Positions 21,742 through 31,713 are shown, numbered from the stretch's first letter. The stretch is DNA of 64,000 nucleotides from Thermodesulfobacteriota bacterium (GCA_965226585.1 OZ245366.1:1408001-1472000); one strand, 5' to 3'. Numbers and translations: made by a program. The notes: generated by a model not told the origin, from the sequence alone.

Positions 21742-24700
21742 TCAGTTTGCAAAACCTGGATTTGATACAACTTGAATTTTGGCATCTGCAATTGACTTAA
21801 TCTGCTGTCTTACACCTTGATACACTTTTTCTTTATCGTTAAAAAAATCAGTACTCCACACCCTGATAATATTCCACCCTTGGCTCTCAAGGATAGACTG
21901 CCTGAGGAAATCTCGCTCGCGAGCGTAACGGGAACTGTGATAGGACGCTCCGTCAAGTTCAATGCCACAAAGATAACCATAGGGATAAGAAGGGTGTTTT
22001 ATTCCCAAATCAATTCGCCATCCGCTCACTCCAACTTGCGATGTCACTTGATAACCGTCATTTGTAAGTCTTTCAGAAAACCATTTTTCCCAAGGCGAAT
22101 CAAAAGTTCCTGTTTCGGCAATTATCCTTGATGTTTCCAAATGTCCGGTTTCGGCAAACATCAGGTAGCGACTGAGTACTTGAGCTCCTTCCTTCTCGGA
22201 AGTTATATCGTTGGGTTTCAATGACGTATAGACCCTTAGCTGCTTCTTTGCTCTTGTAATCAAAACATTAATTCTCTTTTCGCCCTGATCTTGGTTTATA
22301 GGTCCAAACCTTTGAAAGACCTTATTGTTCATGTCTTTGCCAAATACTGTTGATATCATAATTACATCACGTTCGTCCCCTTGAACGCTCTCAAGGTTTT
22401 TTATGAAAAAATACTCCTGATCGTCTTTCCACCGGTCGATATATTCTGCAATGTTGGAATTATGAATTATTTTTTCATACATTAACTCTTCTATTCTTTG
22501 AGATTGTCTCAAGTTCAGCGCGGCAACACCGAGACTGCAATCCTTGTTTTTGGGGTCGAGCATGAATTCACATATATCATTAACAATTCTCTCCGCTTCC
22601 ATAGGATTGGGGTTGGTTGAATTTCCGATATTGCCTCTGCCGGGATTATACTCGCCGCCAACATCAATATGCTTAATACCCAACTCATCTGTCTTTTTTA
22701 ATTGAGATGGAATAACCATTAGTTCATTTTTATAAAATTCAGCATTGGAAAATTGAATCAAGCTTTCATGTTGTGACCTATAATGGTAGAGCAAGCGTCT
22801 CCTTGAGGTGAAAGCTCCACAAGCCCGTTCAAGAATGGACTCATTTTTAATCTGCTGAACATGTTGCGGTGCAAGGTGTGAGACCATGTAGTTGGTGGGT
22901 GGCATCTGTTTTGAATCTCCCACAACCACATATTGTTTGCTTCTTAACATGGACCCGGCTGCCTCCTCAACTAGCATCTGAGAGGCTTCATCGATAACCA
23001 ACAGATCAAACTCAAACTCTTTCAAGAGAAAATCTGACACGGAAGAAGGCGTCATAAGAAAACAGGGAGCAAAAGCCTGCAAGGCCTTTCCTGATTTATT
23101 CATGAGTTCACGCACGGTCACCCGAGAAGTAGGGAATTCCCCAATATGCTTGAGCAAGTTCATTCCTGTCTTTTCTCTTACTCTACGAGCTCTGTTTCCA
23201 CTCAAGTCGCCTTTGGGAGGCTTGTTCTGAATCATTTTACAATACAACTTGTCCAACTCTTCTGTGGCACTCGCAAGGAGATTTCTCTTGTTCTGGATAA
23301 ATTCTCCATTATAGTCCTGATACTTTGGATGATTCTTAGATAGTGAGCGTGCCAAAGACTCAAAAATTGCAACTTCAAGGGTTTTGTGCATTGAAGATTT
23401 TCTTTCCAGAACATCTCTAACAAAATCGGAAATTTGTGAGAAATAAGTTTCGAGATCCTTAATGGTGTGGTTGATTCCCACCAAATCATTAAAATGCTCA
23501 CGATGTTCCCGTATCAGTCCAATTTGTTTGTGGATATCGCTAAAATCCAGTCTGGCACAATCACTTTTGCATAAATTCTCAAGTGATTTTATGTTCTCAT
23601 TATCCTGTTTAAACTCTGCTGACAACTTATTAAGTTTCGATTCTATCTCTTCAACAGTTCTTTGTTCGCCTTCAATACTCGAAATTTCATTCTCAAGATT
23701 CGACATATCTTTGAAGAGTGTGTCAATTTTGTTCAAGTGCTCCACCACTTCTCCATAACCGCTGACTTCGCCGACTACCATGCTCCTTGTACGCTTTGTC
23801 GCACGGTACAAATCAGAGTAAAAGAACCATGCGACTTTTGGGAAAAAGAGTTTTGCAAACCAACTGGCTTCAGACATCAAGGTCTGTAGCTTTAAGAGTT
23901 TGTTGGGTTCGGGAATTTCACTCTTTACATAGTTTGTATCTAAAATCTTTCTGGTTTCTCTAAGTTGAAGAGCAAGAGATAGTTTCTTTTTGTTGCGTTC
24001 AATAGGTTCTTTTTGACTGGCAAGATTCTGATTCGGGGCGGACTCTACACGCTTACCAAAGTAAGAATAAAGTTTTTCTATATCAGAGAAAAAATCACCC
24101 ATGTGAAATTGATCAAGCTTTGTTGTTGATTTCAGTATTTTTATCTCTTTTACTGTGTTGCGCCCTACTTTCTCAATTGCCCGATCAATGTCTTCAGCAC
24201 TACTCAAAACATTCTCAATCTGCTCCCCGCTCAACTTTGTTGAATCCAACCCCATTACCGGCAAATTAGCGTCTTTAATAGATGCATAGCGAGTCATGAT
24301 TTGTTGCGAATTCAATCCAGTTTCTCCAACATTATGTCTCAAAAATTCACAATATTTGTTAAGGTGATTTCTTTCTTTTTTGTATTTGTTGTATTTTCTG
24401 GTGAATTCACTTTTGGTGTCTTCAAATGACTTGCCGTTTTGAGTTCGTATAAGATTTCCTATTTTTTCAAACAAAGATTTTTTGTTTCCATACTCCGAAT
24501 GTAGCGGCATGCACTTGTTGTCCAAACCTATTTGTTCCAGACGGTTGTAAACTACATTGAGTGCTGCTGTTTTCTGAGCAAGAAAAAGAACTTTTTTGTC
24601 ATGATGGATAGCATTCGCCAATATGTTGACTATGGTCTGTGATTTGCCGGTTCCGGGAGGGCCTTCCAGGACAAGGTTTTTCTCCTTTGCCACATCCACT

Positions 24701-25752
24701 ATTGATGAATATTGAGACGAGTCTGCTTTGATTGCCGTGTAGGGAACCAAAGATGTAATTTCATCACTATCAATATTGTAGCTTGGTGGAAATTCAGCCT
24801 CACCGCCATCTATTCCGGCAATTCCATAAAAATTCTCAATTTGTTCGTTTGAATATCCCTTTGGATCGAGTTCTTCAAGAGGAATACCCGTTGACTTAAA
24901 ATGACCAATTGCCATGCGATGCTGAAAACTCCAACCTTCCTTGTTAAGACTTCCAAGCATTGTATCAATTTTAGCAAGGTAGTCGTGAACACCTGATTTT
25001 TCACCATCCCCGCTTACATACTGCGGAAATGTCTGTTTGATTTCTTGCTGAAATATTGGAATCAGGATGCGGTTTGTTCCGTAGTCTTTTCCCGATGCCT
25101 CAATGGAAAATTTGTTTTTAGATTCTTGTATTTCAAGCGGCACAAGAAATATGGGAGAGTTATACTCTCTTCTCTGACCACCACTTACAATTCTGTTCCA
25201 CTTAAGAAAACCAACCGCCAAATAACATGTATCAATTCCCTTTTCTCTTTTGTGTTCGTCAACAGATTTGCACAATTTCTTCAGAAACTTTTGAAATCGG
25301 TCGTTAGGTATATCTGTCTGAATTTTTCCATCAATGTGGGCAGGATTTTCCTCATTTATCTTAGCATCAAGATTATATTTTCTCTCTGGGATAACTTCCT
25401 CTATCGGTGGAAGTCCTGATTTCTCCCGGGCCTTATTCTTGAATTCGCGCAGTTCTTCTTCTGGAATATCTTCTTTGTCTTTCTCGTGTTTGTTAAGAAT
25501 TTCGACCAGAGACTGAGAAAAAAACATATTGTCTTCCTCATCTCTAAGATAGTCCTCATCGTCTCTAAGTGGATCTAAGACAAACGGTTTGCCACCAATC
25601 AGTCCATCAACAATAAATGTGGGCACTTCATTAATTACATTGATTACAGTTCCTGTTCCGCCCGGCATTAGTCTTTTGTTAACAAGATCATTTCCACTAA
25701 TCCTGATTAAACGTTCTCTCAATTCTTCAAGAAATCTGAGTTTGTCGTCCAT
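21742..25752 (-). CDS. DUF4011 - SF1 helicase - Vsr/MTES_1575-like nuclease (Hhe-like defence protein)
   Basis: YLAVGFLKW...SPIFLVP (DUF4011-like), ADSSQ...GPPGTGKSQT, DEASQ, VQGDERD, C-terminal QVGVSGWRIDL...IELDG..YH...RERD; AT-rich. Confidence 0.82.
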   Translation of the reverse strand: MDDKLRFLEELRERLIRISGNDLVNKRLMPGGTGTVINVINEVPTFIVDGLIGGKPFVLDPLRDDEDYLRDEEDNMFFSQSLVEILNKHEKDKEDIPEEELREFKNKAREKSGLPPIEEVIPERKYNLDAKINEENPAHIDGKIQTDIPNDRFQKFLKKLCKSVDEHKREKGIDTCYLAVGFLKWNRIVSGGQRREYNSPIFLVPLEIQESKNKFSIEASGKDYGTNRILIPIFQQEIKQTFPQYVSGDGEKSGVHDYLAKIDTMLGSLNKEGWSFQHRMAIGHFKSTGIPLEELDPKGYSNEQIENFYGIAGIDGGEAEFPPSYNIDSDEITSLVPYTAIKADSSQYSSIVDVAKEKNLVLEGPPGTGKSQTIVNILANAIHHDKKVLFLAQKTAALNVVYNRLEQIGLDNKCMPLHSEYGNKKSLFEKIGNLIRTQNGKSFEDTKSEFTRKYNKYKKERNHLNKYCEFLRHNVGETGLNSQQIMTRYASIKDANLPVMGLDSTKLSGEQIENVLSSAEDIDRAIEKVGRNTVKEIKILKSTTKLDQFHMGDFFSDIEKLYSYFGKRVESAPNQNLASQKEPIERNKKKLSLALQLRETRKILDTNYVKSEIPEPNKLLKLQTLMSEASWFAKLFFPKVAWFFYSDLYRATKRTRSMVVGEVSGYGEVVEHLNKIDTLFKDMSNLENEISSIEGEQRTVEEIESKLNKLSAEFKQDNENIKSLENLCKSDCARLDFSDIHKQIGLIREHREHFNDLVGINHTIKDLETYFSQISDFVRDVLERKSSMHKTLEVAIFESLARSLSKNHPKYQDYNGEFIQNKRNLLASATEELDKLYCKMIQNKPPKGDLSGNRARRVREKTGMNLLKHIGEFPTSRVTVRELMNKSGKALQAFAPCFLMTPSSVSDFLLKEFEFDLLVIDEASQMLVEEAAGSMLRSKQYVVVGDSKQMPPTNYMVSHLAPQHVQQIKNESILERACGAFTSRRRLLYHYRSQHESLIQFSNAEFYKNELMVIPSQLKKTDELGIKHIDVGGEYNPGRGNIGNSTNPNPMEAERIVNDICEFMLDPKNKDCSLGVAALNLRQSQRIEELMYEKIIHNSNIAEYIDRWKDDQEYFFIKNLESVQGDERDVIMISTVFGKDMNNKVFQRFGPINQDQGEKRINVLITRAKKQLRVYTSLKPNDITSEKEGAQVLSRYLMFAETGHLETSRIIAETGTFDSPWEKWFSERLTNDGYQVTSQVGVSGWRIDLGIKHPSYPYGYLCGIELDGASYHSSRYARERDFLRQSILESQGWNIIRVWSTDFFNDKEKVYQGVRQQIKSIADAKIQVVSNPGFAN

Positions 25753-25763
25753 TGTGAAAGCGC

Positions 25764-27011
25764 CTACCCTTTCTTCATCTCTTCCTGATTCTTCAGCCCT
25801 GTTTTCGGTGCCTGCACAAGAACCGCCATTTTGCCTGAATGTTTGTTCTCGTACATATTTTGATGCGCAAGCGGGATGTCTTTGTATTCAAAAACCTCAG
25901 ACATCACGGGGTTGATTATCCCCCTGTGAACAAGCGCGTTGGCGCGTATGCACTCAAGAGCATTGGCAAAATGCGAGCCGAGAATTTTCTTCTGGTGCAT
26001 CCACAGATAACGCACGTCAAACGAACAGTCATAACCCGTTGTTCCGGCGCAAATCACAATACGCCCGAAACGGTTGCACACAAAAACACTTGTCGGAAAA
26101 GTCCCCTCGCCCGGATGCTCAAAAACAACATTGGGATTTTTCCGCTCGCCCATAATCTCCCAAATCGCCTTGCCGAATTTCTTTGTGTCTTCCATCCGCG
26201 CTTTTTTGCGCTCCGGCGTTTCGTCTTTTGAATACATCAAATCCGGGAAATCCCGCCGGTTTATCGTTCCCTTCGCGCCAAGTTCCACGCACATCTTCGC
26301 CTTCTCTTCCGAAGACACAATCGCAATACAATCTGCGCCCATCATCTTGCAAATCTGTATCGCGAAAACCCCCAGCCCCCCGGCTCCGCCCCAGATAAGG
26401 ACAAGTTCTCCGGGCTCAATTTTGCACTGGGAAACAAGCATCCTGTAAGCCGTGAAATAACACAGTCCGTATGATGCCGCCGCCTCCCAGGTGAGATGCG
26501 GCGGTTTTGCGAGAATCTGCTGAGCCTGAACGCAAGTGAACTGCGCGAATGAGCCGTTGGGCGTTTCATATCCCCAAATCTGGTCTCCCGCGCTCACCAT
26601 CGGGTCGTAGGTTATGAAATCGCCCGGGGTCTGCGTGCGGTTGCCGTGAGACGGGTCTTCCACATTGCAGTGGATTATAACTTCATCGCCGGGTTTCCAG
26701 CTTTTCACATTTGAGCCGACTGCCCAGACAATTCCCGCCGCGTCACTTCCGGCGATATGGAAATCCTGCTTGTGTATGTCAAGAACCGAAATCGGTTCTC
26801 CAAGCCCCGCCCAGACACCGTTAAAATTAACGCCCGCCGCCATAACCAGCACAAGAACCTCATCCGGTCCCGGTTGAGGCGTGGCAACTTCTTCCTCTTG
26901 AAACGATTTCATCGGCTCGCCGTGGCGGTCCTTGCGTATAACCCACGCTTTCATCATCTCCGGCATTTCGCCGATTTCGGGAAGCGTCCCGAGTTCAAAT
27001 ACTTTTGGCAT
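25764..27011 (-). CDS. ccr: Crotonyl-CoA carboxylase/reductase
   Basis: VMAAGVNFNGVWA, IWGYETPNGSFAQF, CAGTTGY, LWMHQK.ILGSH; GGAGG before ATG 27011. Confidence 0.9.
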   Translation of the reverse strand: MPKVFELGTLPEIGEMPEMMKAWVIRKDRHGEPMKSFQEEEVATPQPGPDEVLVLVMAAGVNFNGVWAGLGEPISVLDIHKQDFHIAGSDAAGIVWAVGSNVKSWKPGDEVIIHCNVEDPSHGNRTQTPGDFITYDPMVSAGDQIWGYETPNGSFAQFTCVQAQQILAKPPHLTWEAAASYGLCYFTAYRMLVSQCKIEPGELVLIWGGAGGLGVFAIQICKMMGADCIAIVSSEEKAKMCVELGAKGTINRRDFPDLMYSKDETPERKKARMEDTKKFGKAIWEIMGERKNPNVVFEHPGEGTFPTSVFVCNRFGRIVICAGTTGYDCSFDVRYLWMHQKKILGSHFANALECIRANALVHRGIINPVMSEVFEYKDIPLAHQNMYENKHSGKMAVLVQAPKTGLKNQEEMKKG

Positions 27012-27026
27012 ATCTATTTCCTCCAT

Positions 27027-27581
27027 TTATTTTGCAATCAAAGGTTTATGGATTGCATAGTATTGTTTCCTATCTTTCTTTTGAGAATCAAAAAACATTT
27101 CCTCAAGATGTTGCGCACTTCTGATTTCTTCTTTGATTATTTTAATTAGAGTTGCCTTTTCATAATCAGCGGGTTTGGTATTTCTCCACGAAAGCATGAA
27201 ATCAAAATGCTCTCCGTGCCAAAGCAACCTTCCGGGAAGTCCTGATTGCTTAAAGTTTCCGACAAAAAAACCATATCTTAAGTGAGGGTGAACACTTTTG
27301 TGTGCTACTGCCTTTTTACTATAGGTTATGGCATCATGCGTTGTAACCTTGCCAAATTTAACTTCCACTACAACTCTTGGCTTCCAGACACGACCAACAC
27401 GCTCAGAAATTAGCAAGTCCGTCCTGTACTTCTTCGGTCTTGTTAAAGGAGTACCGCTTTCTTCATACTCTCTGACTTCATGAGCGTACAACAACCCTTT
27501 TTCTTTCTCAACGGAATACTTGTTTGAAAGATTTTCTGTCAGTATATTAGCAACAATCTCTGTAAAATCTTTTTCTTTCAC
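27027..27581 (-). CDS. Hypothetical protein, PD-(D/E)xK nuclease-like
   Basis: RTDLLI...VVVEVK motif; AT-rich; GTG overlaps trpS TGA. Confidence 0.55.
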   Translation of the reverse strand: MKEKDFTEIVANILTENLSNKYSVEKEKGLLYAHEVREYEESGTPLTRPKKYRTDLLISERVGRVWKPRVVVEVKFGKVTTHDAITYSKKAVAHKSVHPHLRYGFFVGNFKQSGLPGRLLWHGEHFDFMLSWRNTKPADYEKATLIKIIKEEIRSAQHLEEMFFDSQKKDRKQYYAIHKPLIAK

Positions 27582-28579
27582 GCCGCGAACAACCCCGTTT
27601 TTCCCAAAATCTCTTCAATATTTCTCTTCGCATGCTCGTTTGCTTTCTCTGTTCCATCTTTCAGAACGTCATTCACATAATCCGGGCGTTTTTCAAAGTC
27701 CGCCCTTTTCTCTCTGAACGGCTCAAGCACCGCGTTTATCGCTTTTGACAACTTCATCTTCACCTCAACATCACCCACCGCGCCTTTGCGGTAGCGGTCT
27801 TTAAGGTCGTCAACCTCCGCCGTGTCGGGATTGAAAGCATCGTGATACTCAAAAACCGGATTGCCCTCAACCGTGCCGGGAATGTCCGCCCTCACCCGCT
27901 TGGGGTCAGTGTACATACCGCCAACCTTCTTGTTCACCTCTTTTTCAGAATCGGAAAGATATATGCAATTTTCAAGACTCTTGCTCATCTTGCGCTCCCC
28001 GTCCGTTCCGGTCAGACGCGAAACCTTGCTTATCACCGGCTCCGGCTCCTCAAAAGTCTCGCCGTAGAGAGAATTGAACCTGCGGGCAAGTTCACGCGTG
28101 AGTTCTATGTGGCTCAACTGGTCTTCGCCCACCGGCACACGGTTCGCCTTGAATATGAGAATGTCTGAAGCCATAAGCACCGGATAGCCGAGCAAGCCAA
28201 CGGAATACGCCTCGCCAACTCCCATGTCTTGTATCTTCTCCTTCAGCGTGGGAATTCTGCCGCAGCGCGGAACGGAGCAAAGCATCGAAAGAATAATGGA
28301 AAGTTGCGATATGGCGGGAATTTGCGACTGTATGTAGAAGAACGATTTTTCAGGATCCATTCCCACCGAAAGCCAGTCTGTCACCATCTCAAGCGTGTTT
28401 TTCTCCACCTCGCGCGTTTTGTCAAAGTGGGTTGTGAGCATATGCAGGTCGGCAACGAGAAAAAAACAGGTGTACTCATCCTGAAACTTAAGACGGTTTT
28501 CAAGCGAGCCGACAAGGTGCCCCAGATGTAAGCGTCCGGTCGGCCTGTCGCCGGTTACGAGTATCGGTTTATCAGCCAT
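27578..28579 (-). CDS. trpS: Tryptophan--tRNA ligase
   Basis: TGDRPTGRLHLGH, YPVLMASDI, VPVGEDQ, KMSKS. Confidence 0.97.
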   Translation of the reverse strand: MADKPILVTGDRPTGRLHLGHLVGSLENRLKFQDEYTCFFLVADLHMLTTHFDKTREVEKNTLEMVTDWLSVGMDPEKSFFYIQSQIPAISQLSIILSMLCSVPRCGRIPTLKEKIQDMGVGEAYSVGLLGYPVLMASDILIFKANRVPVGEDQLSHIELTRELARRFNSLYGETFEEPEPVISKVSRLTGTDGERKMSKSLENCIYLSDSEKEVNKKVGGMYTDPKRVRADIPGTVEGNPVFEYHDAFNPDTAEVDDLKDRYRKGAVGDVEVKMKLSKAINAVLEPFREKRADFEKRPDYVNDVLKDGTEKANEHAKRNIEEILGKTGLFAA

Positions 28580-28756
28580 TTGAAGGTCTTTATGCTACTT
28601 GACACGGGGGGAAGGTCAAAATTGCGCCTGCTTGACTTTCCACCGGTCAGCAGATTACCCTAATGTGGCTGTGGAAACACAAACCAAACAAACGGCGAAG
28701 AAGCCACTTCCGAAAATACCGGTTCTTTTGGACTGATGTCGGCTTTGTGACGGAGC

Positions 28757-29269
28757 CTATTCGGTTTCGTGTTCCTTCTTTATTTGTTCGTAGAGTTTCA
28801 ACATGTTCGGAAAGTATCTTCTGGCATTTTCCGGTTTGTAGATTCCGGCGGGCTTTGAGTATTCCATCTCCTTTCCCAAAACAAAGGTATTAACAAGAGA
28901 AACTATTGTGCTTCCGCATTGCTCCATAATGACGGACTTATCAGTCATTCCCTGATAAACGGATAGTGAAATTGTTTCGTACTCATTCATGATTCTTGAG
29001 ACATAAACCCTGTCATCTTGAGTTAATTGAGAATAGTCATAGATTCCGCCATTCCCGCTTTTTGCTTTGTCTTTGATTTTTCTCTGATATTCCCCGACAA
29101 CAGGGTCAGAGGTAATTTGCCTTATTGCATCAAGTGTGTTCCGCTTCTTTGAAAACCTGATATACAGAAAACCTTCAAAAAGACCACCAACCGCAAGGAC
29201 AACAGTTGCTACTGCAGTAATCGCACCAGCATTGTAATCAATCCAAGTCAACAAATTCCCAAAATCCAT
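28757..29269 (-). CDS. DUF4760-like protein with N-terminal membrane helix
   Basis: Single TM then NTLD...IMNEYETISLSV..G..D pattern; AT-rich; start placed at ATG 29269. Confidence 0.55.
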   Translation of the reverse strand: MDFGNLLTWIDYNAGAITAVATVVLAVGGLFEGFLYIRFSKKRNTLDAIRQITSDPVVGEYQRKIKDKAKSGNGGIYDYSQLTQDDRVYVSRIMNEYETISLSVYQGMTDKSVIMEQCGSTIVSLVNTFVLGKEMEYSKPAGIYKPENARRYFPNMLKLYEQIKKEHETE

Positions 29270-29308
29270 ACTTCCGTTATAATAGCACTGCCCGCGGAGA
29301 AACCACAA

Positions 29309-31018
29309 GTGTCTGACAGCAAAAAGTCAAAGGTTGAAACGATAAAGGAAGACAGCGACTACCTGCGCGGAACCATCAGGGAAACGCTTGAGGGAGATGA
29401 CTCTCATTTTACCGAAGGCGACTACCAACTGCTCAAATTCCACGGCATATACCAGCAAGACAACCGTGATATGCGCCAGCAACTCAAGAAAGAGGGCAAA
29501 GAGCGCGAATACATCTTTATGATTCGCACCAAAAACCCCGGCGGCGGCGAACTTGCGGCGCGCCAGTGGGAAGCACTTTGCGAAGCGTCTGACCTCTACA
29601 CGGACGGCACTCTCAGAGTTACAACCCGGCAGACAATACAGTTTCACGGCATCGGGAAGGCAAACCTGAAAAAGACGATGAAGCACCTTAACGAAAACTT
29701 TGTTCCCACAAACGGCGCTTGCGGAGACGTGAACAGAAACACCGTTGCGGGACCCCTTTCAGACATAACCGGCTCTGACGCCTTCAACGCGCAGGAGCTT
29801 GCGCGCACGGTGTCTGAAAACCTTTCGTTCAAAACCGCCGCCTACTATGACGTTTGGATGGACGGCGAGATGATGACAAAAGACAAAGAGCCGCAGGGCG
29901 GTGAGGTGGAGCCGCTTTACGGAAAGGCGTATCTGCCGAGAAAGTTCAAAATCGGAATCGCAGAGGAAGGCGACAATTCCGTTGACGTCCACACAAACGA
30001 CATAGGCGTGATTCCCGTTGTGAACGGCAGTCTCAAAGGGTTCAACATTCTTGTGGGCGGCGGTCTTGGAAGCCATCACAGGCAGAAAAAAACTTTTCCG
30101 CGCCTTGCCGACACTCTCGGTTTTGTGGGCGAAGACAAAATCCAGCAAACGCTCAGGGCGATACTTGAGTTTCAGAGAGACAACGGCGACAGAACAGACC
30201 GCAAACACGCGAGATTGAAATACGTTGTGGAGGAATGGGGAATTGACAAAGTGCGCGCTGAGGTTGAAAAACGCGCGGGATTTAAGATTGTCCCCGCGGC
30301 GGAGTTTTCCCTGCGCCAGCCGGACAACCACCTCGGATGGCATTCTCAGAGCGACCCTGAGATGATGTATGTGGGCATATTCGTTGAGAACGGCAGGATA
30401 AAGGACACGGAAGAAAGCCGGACGAAAACCTGCATAAGGGAGATTGTGAGGGATTTTGGCGCGGGTGTGCGGCTGACGGCGACTCAGAACATAATTCTGT
30501 CAAACATTCCGGCAGGTTCTGCGGGCGAGGTAAAAGAGCGTCTGAAATCGTGCGGCGTAAAGACGGAGGATGAGTATTCCGGGTTGCGTTTGAACTCAAT
30601 GGCGTGCCCCGCGCTTCCCACTTGCGGGCTTGCGCTTGCCGAGGCGGAGAGATATATGCCGGACCTTATTTCAGAACTTGAAGAGATGGGCTACGGCGGT
30701 GAGAACATCAAGATAAGAATGAGCGGCTGCCCGAATTCGTGCTCGCGTCCGCCGGTTTCCGAGATAGGGCTGATAGGGGCGTCTCCGGGCAAATACAACG
30801 TATATCTGGGCGGCAATTTTGAGGGAACGCGCATGAACAGTCTTTACGAGGAGATGGTTCCTTCAAGCGAACTTGCGGCGAGAATCGCGAGTTTCATAGA
30901 TTTTTACAAAACCGGCGGCTCCGGCGGTGAGGCGTTTGGCGATTTTTGCAACAGGGTGGGTTTTGATGAGATAAGGAAAGCAACGCGCCCGGAGGGAGTC
31001 GAACCCCCAACCTCCTGA
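29309..31018 (+). CDS. cysI: Assimilatory sulfite reductase, siroheme/[4Fe-4S] subunit (CysI/Sir)
   Basis: LKFHGIYQQDNRD, TTRQ, ACGDVNRN, YLPRKFK, CPALPTC, SGCPNSC. Confidence 0.9.
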   Translation: MSDSKKSKVETIKEDSDYLRGTIRETLEGDDSHFTEGDYQLLKFHGIYQQDNRDMRQQLKKEGKEREYIFMIRTKNPGGGELAARQWEALCEASDLYTDGTLRVTTRQTIQFHGIGKANLKKTMKHLNENFVPTNGACGDVNRNTVAGPLSDITGSDAFNAQELARTVSENLSFKTAAYYDVWMDGEMMTKDKEPQGGEVEPLYGKAYLPRKFKIGIAEEGDNSVDVHTNDIGVIPVVNGSLKGFNILVGGGLGSHHRQKKTFPRLADTLGFVGEDKIQQTLRAILEFQRDNGDRTDRKHARLKYVVEEWGIDKVRAEVEKRAGFKIVPAAEFSLRQPDNHLGWHSQSDPEMMYVGIFVENGRIKDTEESRTKTCIREIVRDFGAGVRLTATQNIILSNIPAGSAGEVKERLKSCGVKTEDEYSGLRLNSMACPALPTCGLALAEAERYMPDLISELEEMGYGGENIKIRMSGCPNSCSRPPVSEIGLIGASPGKYNVYLGGNFEGTRMNSLYEEMVPSSELAARIASFIDFYKTGGSGGEAFGDFCNRVGFDEIRKATRPEGVEPPTS

Positions 31019-31057
31019 TCCGTAGTCAGACGCTCTGTCCAGTTGAGCTACGGGCGC
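30984..31057 (-). tRNA. tRNA-Arg (ACG), CCA not encoded
   Basis: Reverse complement folds as cloverleaf: GCGCCCG acceptor, TCTGA-CTACGGA-TCAGG anticodon arm, GGTTCGACTC T-loop. Confidence 0.95.
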
Positions 31058-31092
31058 TTGCGGAAAGGCATTTTAACAGAACCAGAGGAAAT

Positions 31093-31713
31093 ATGGAAAA
31101 GTTAGAGACGCTTCTTGACGCTGAGATTGACTCTTTTCTGTCGCGGGCGCGCGAACTGCCCGAAGTGAAGGCGCTTGTTTCGGGAAAGATGAGCAAGGCG
31201 CAATATAAAAAACTTCTCAAAACTTTCTGTCTTGTGGAAAGGATAAGCCACAGGGCGGTGAACACTGCCGCGATTTACTCGGGCGAGGGCGGAGACGCAT
31301 ATCTGGCGGGGCGGCTGGGTTCGTGCGCGGCGGGAGAGTTGGGGCATGCTGAGCTTGCGCTTGAAGACTTGAGGGATTTGGGCGAAAAAAACCCCGTGAT
31401 ACCGGATGCGGGCAAGTGGCAGGCGGAATTGCTTGAGAAGGCGCGCGCATTTCCGCCCGCGATAGTGGGACATTCATATCTGTTTGAGGGCGCTTCGGGG
31501 ATTTTGTTTCAAGACGCCCGTGTGCCGAAAGGTCTGGCGGAGCGGTTTGTGGTTGTCCACGCCAAAGAAGACCCCGCTCACGCAAGGGCGATTAAGCGGA
31601 CGATACGGATGATGGAAAAGGGTTTGAGCAAAAAACAGGCTGATGAGATTGTGAAATTCGCCCGCAAAAGCGGGGAAAGGTTGATGAAAATGTTTGCGGG
31701 GATGGAAAAATGA
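31093..31713 (+). CDS. Heme-oxygenase-like (PqqC/CADD/iron-containing redox enzyme) family protein
   Basis: Helical protein with ELGH, Y.FE and H..ED..H putative metal ligands. Confidence 0.6.
   Translation: MEKLETLLDAEIDSFLSRARELPEVKALVSGKMSKAQYKKLLKTFCLVERISHRAVNTAAIYSGEGGDAYLAGRLGSCAAGELGHAELALEDLRDLGEKNPVIPDAGKWQAELLEKARAFPPAIVGHSYLFEGASGILFQDARVPKGLAERFVVVHAKEDPAHARAIKRTIRMMEKGLSKKQADEIVKFARKSGERLMKMFAGMEK

Noticed and set aside
28663..28893. Trp-rich ORF MWLWKHKP... near trpS as a Trp attenuator leader
   Set aside because: It is on the opposite strand from trpS and no terminator/antiterminator is evident
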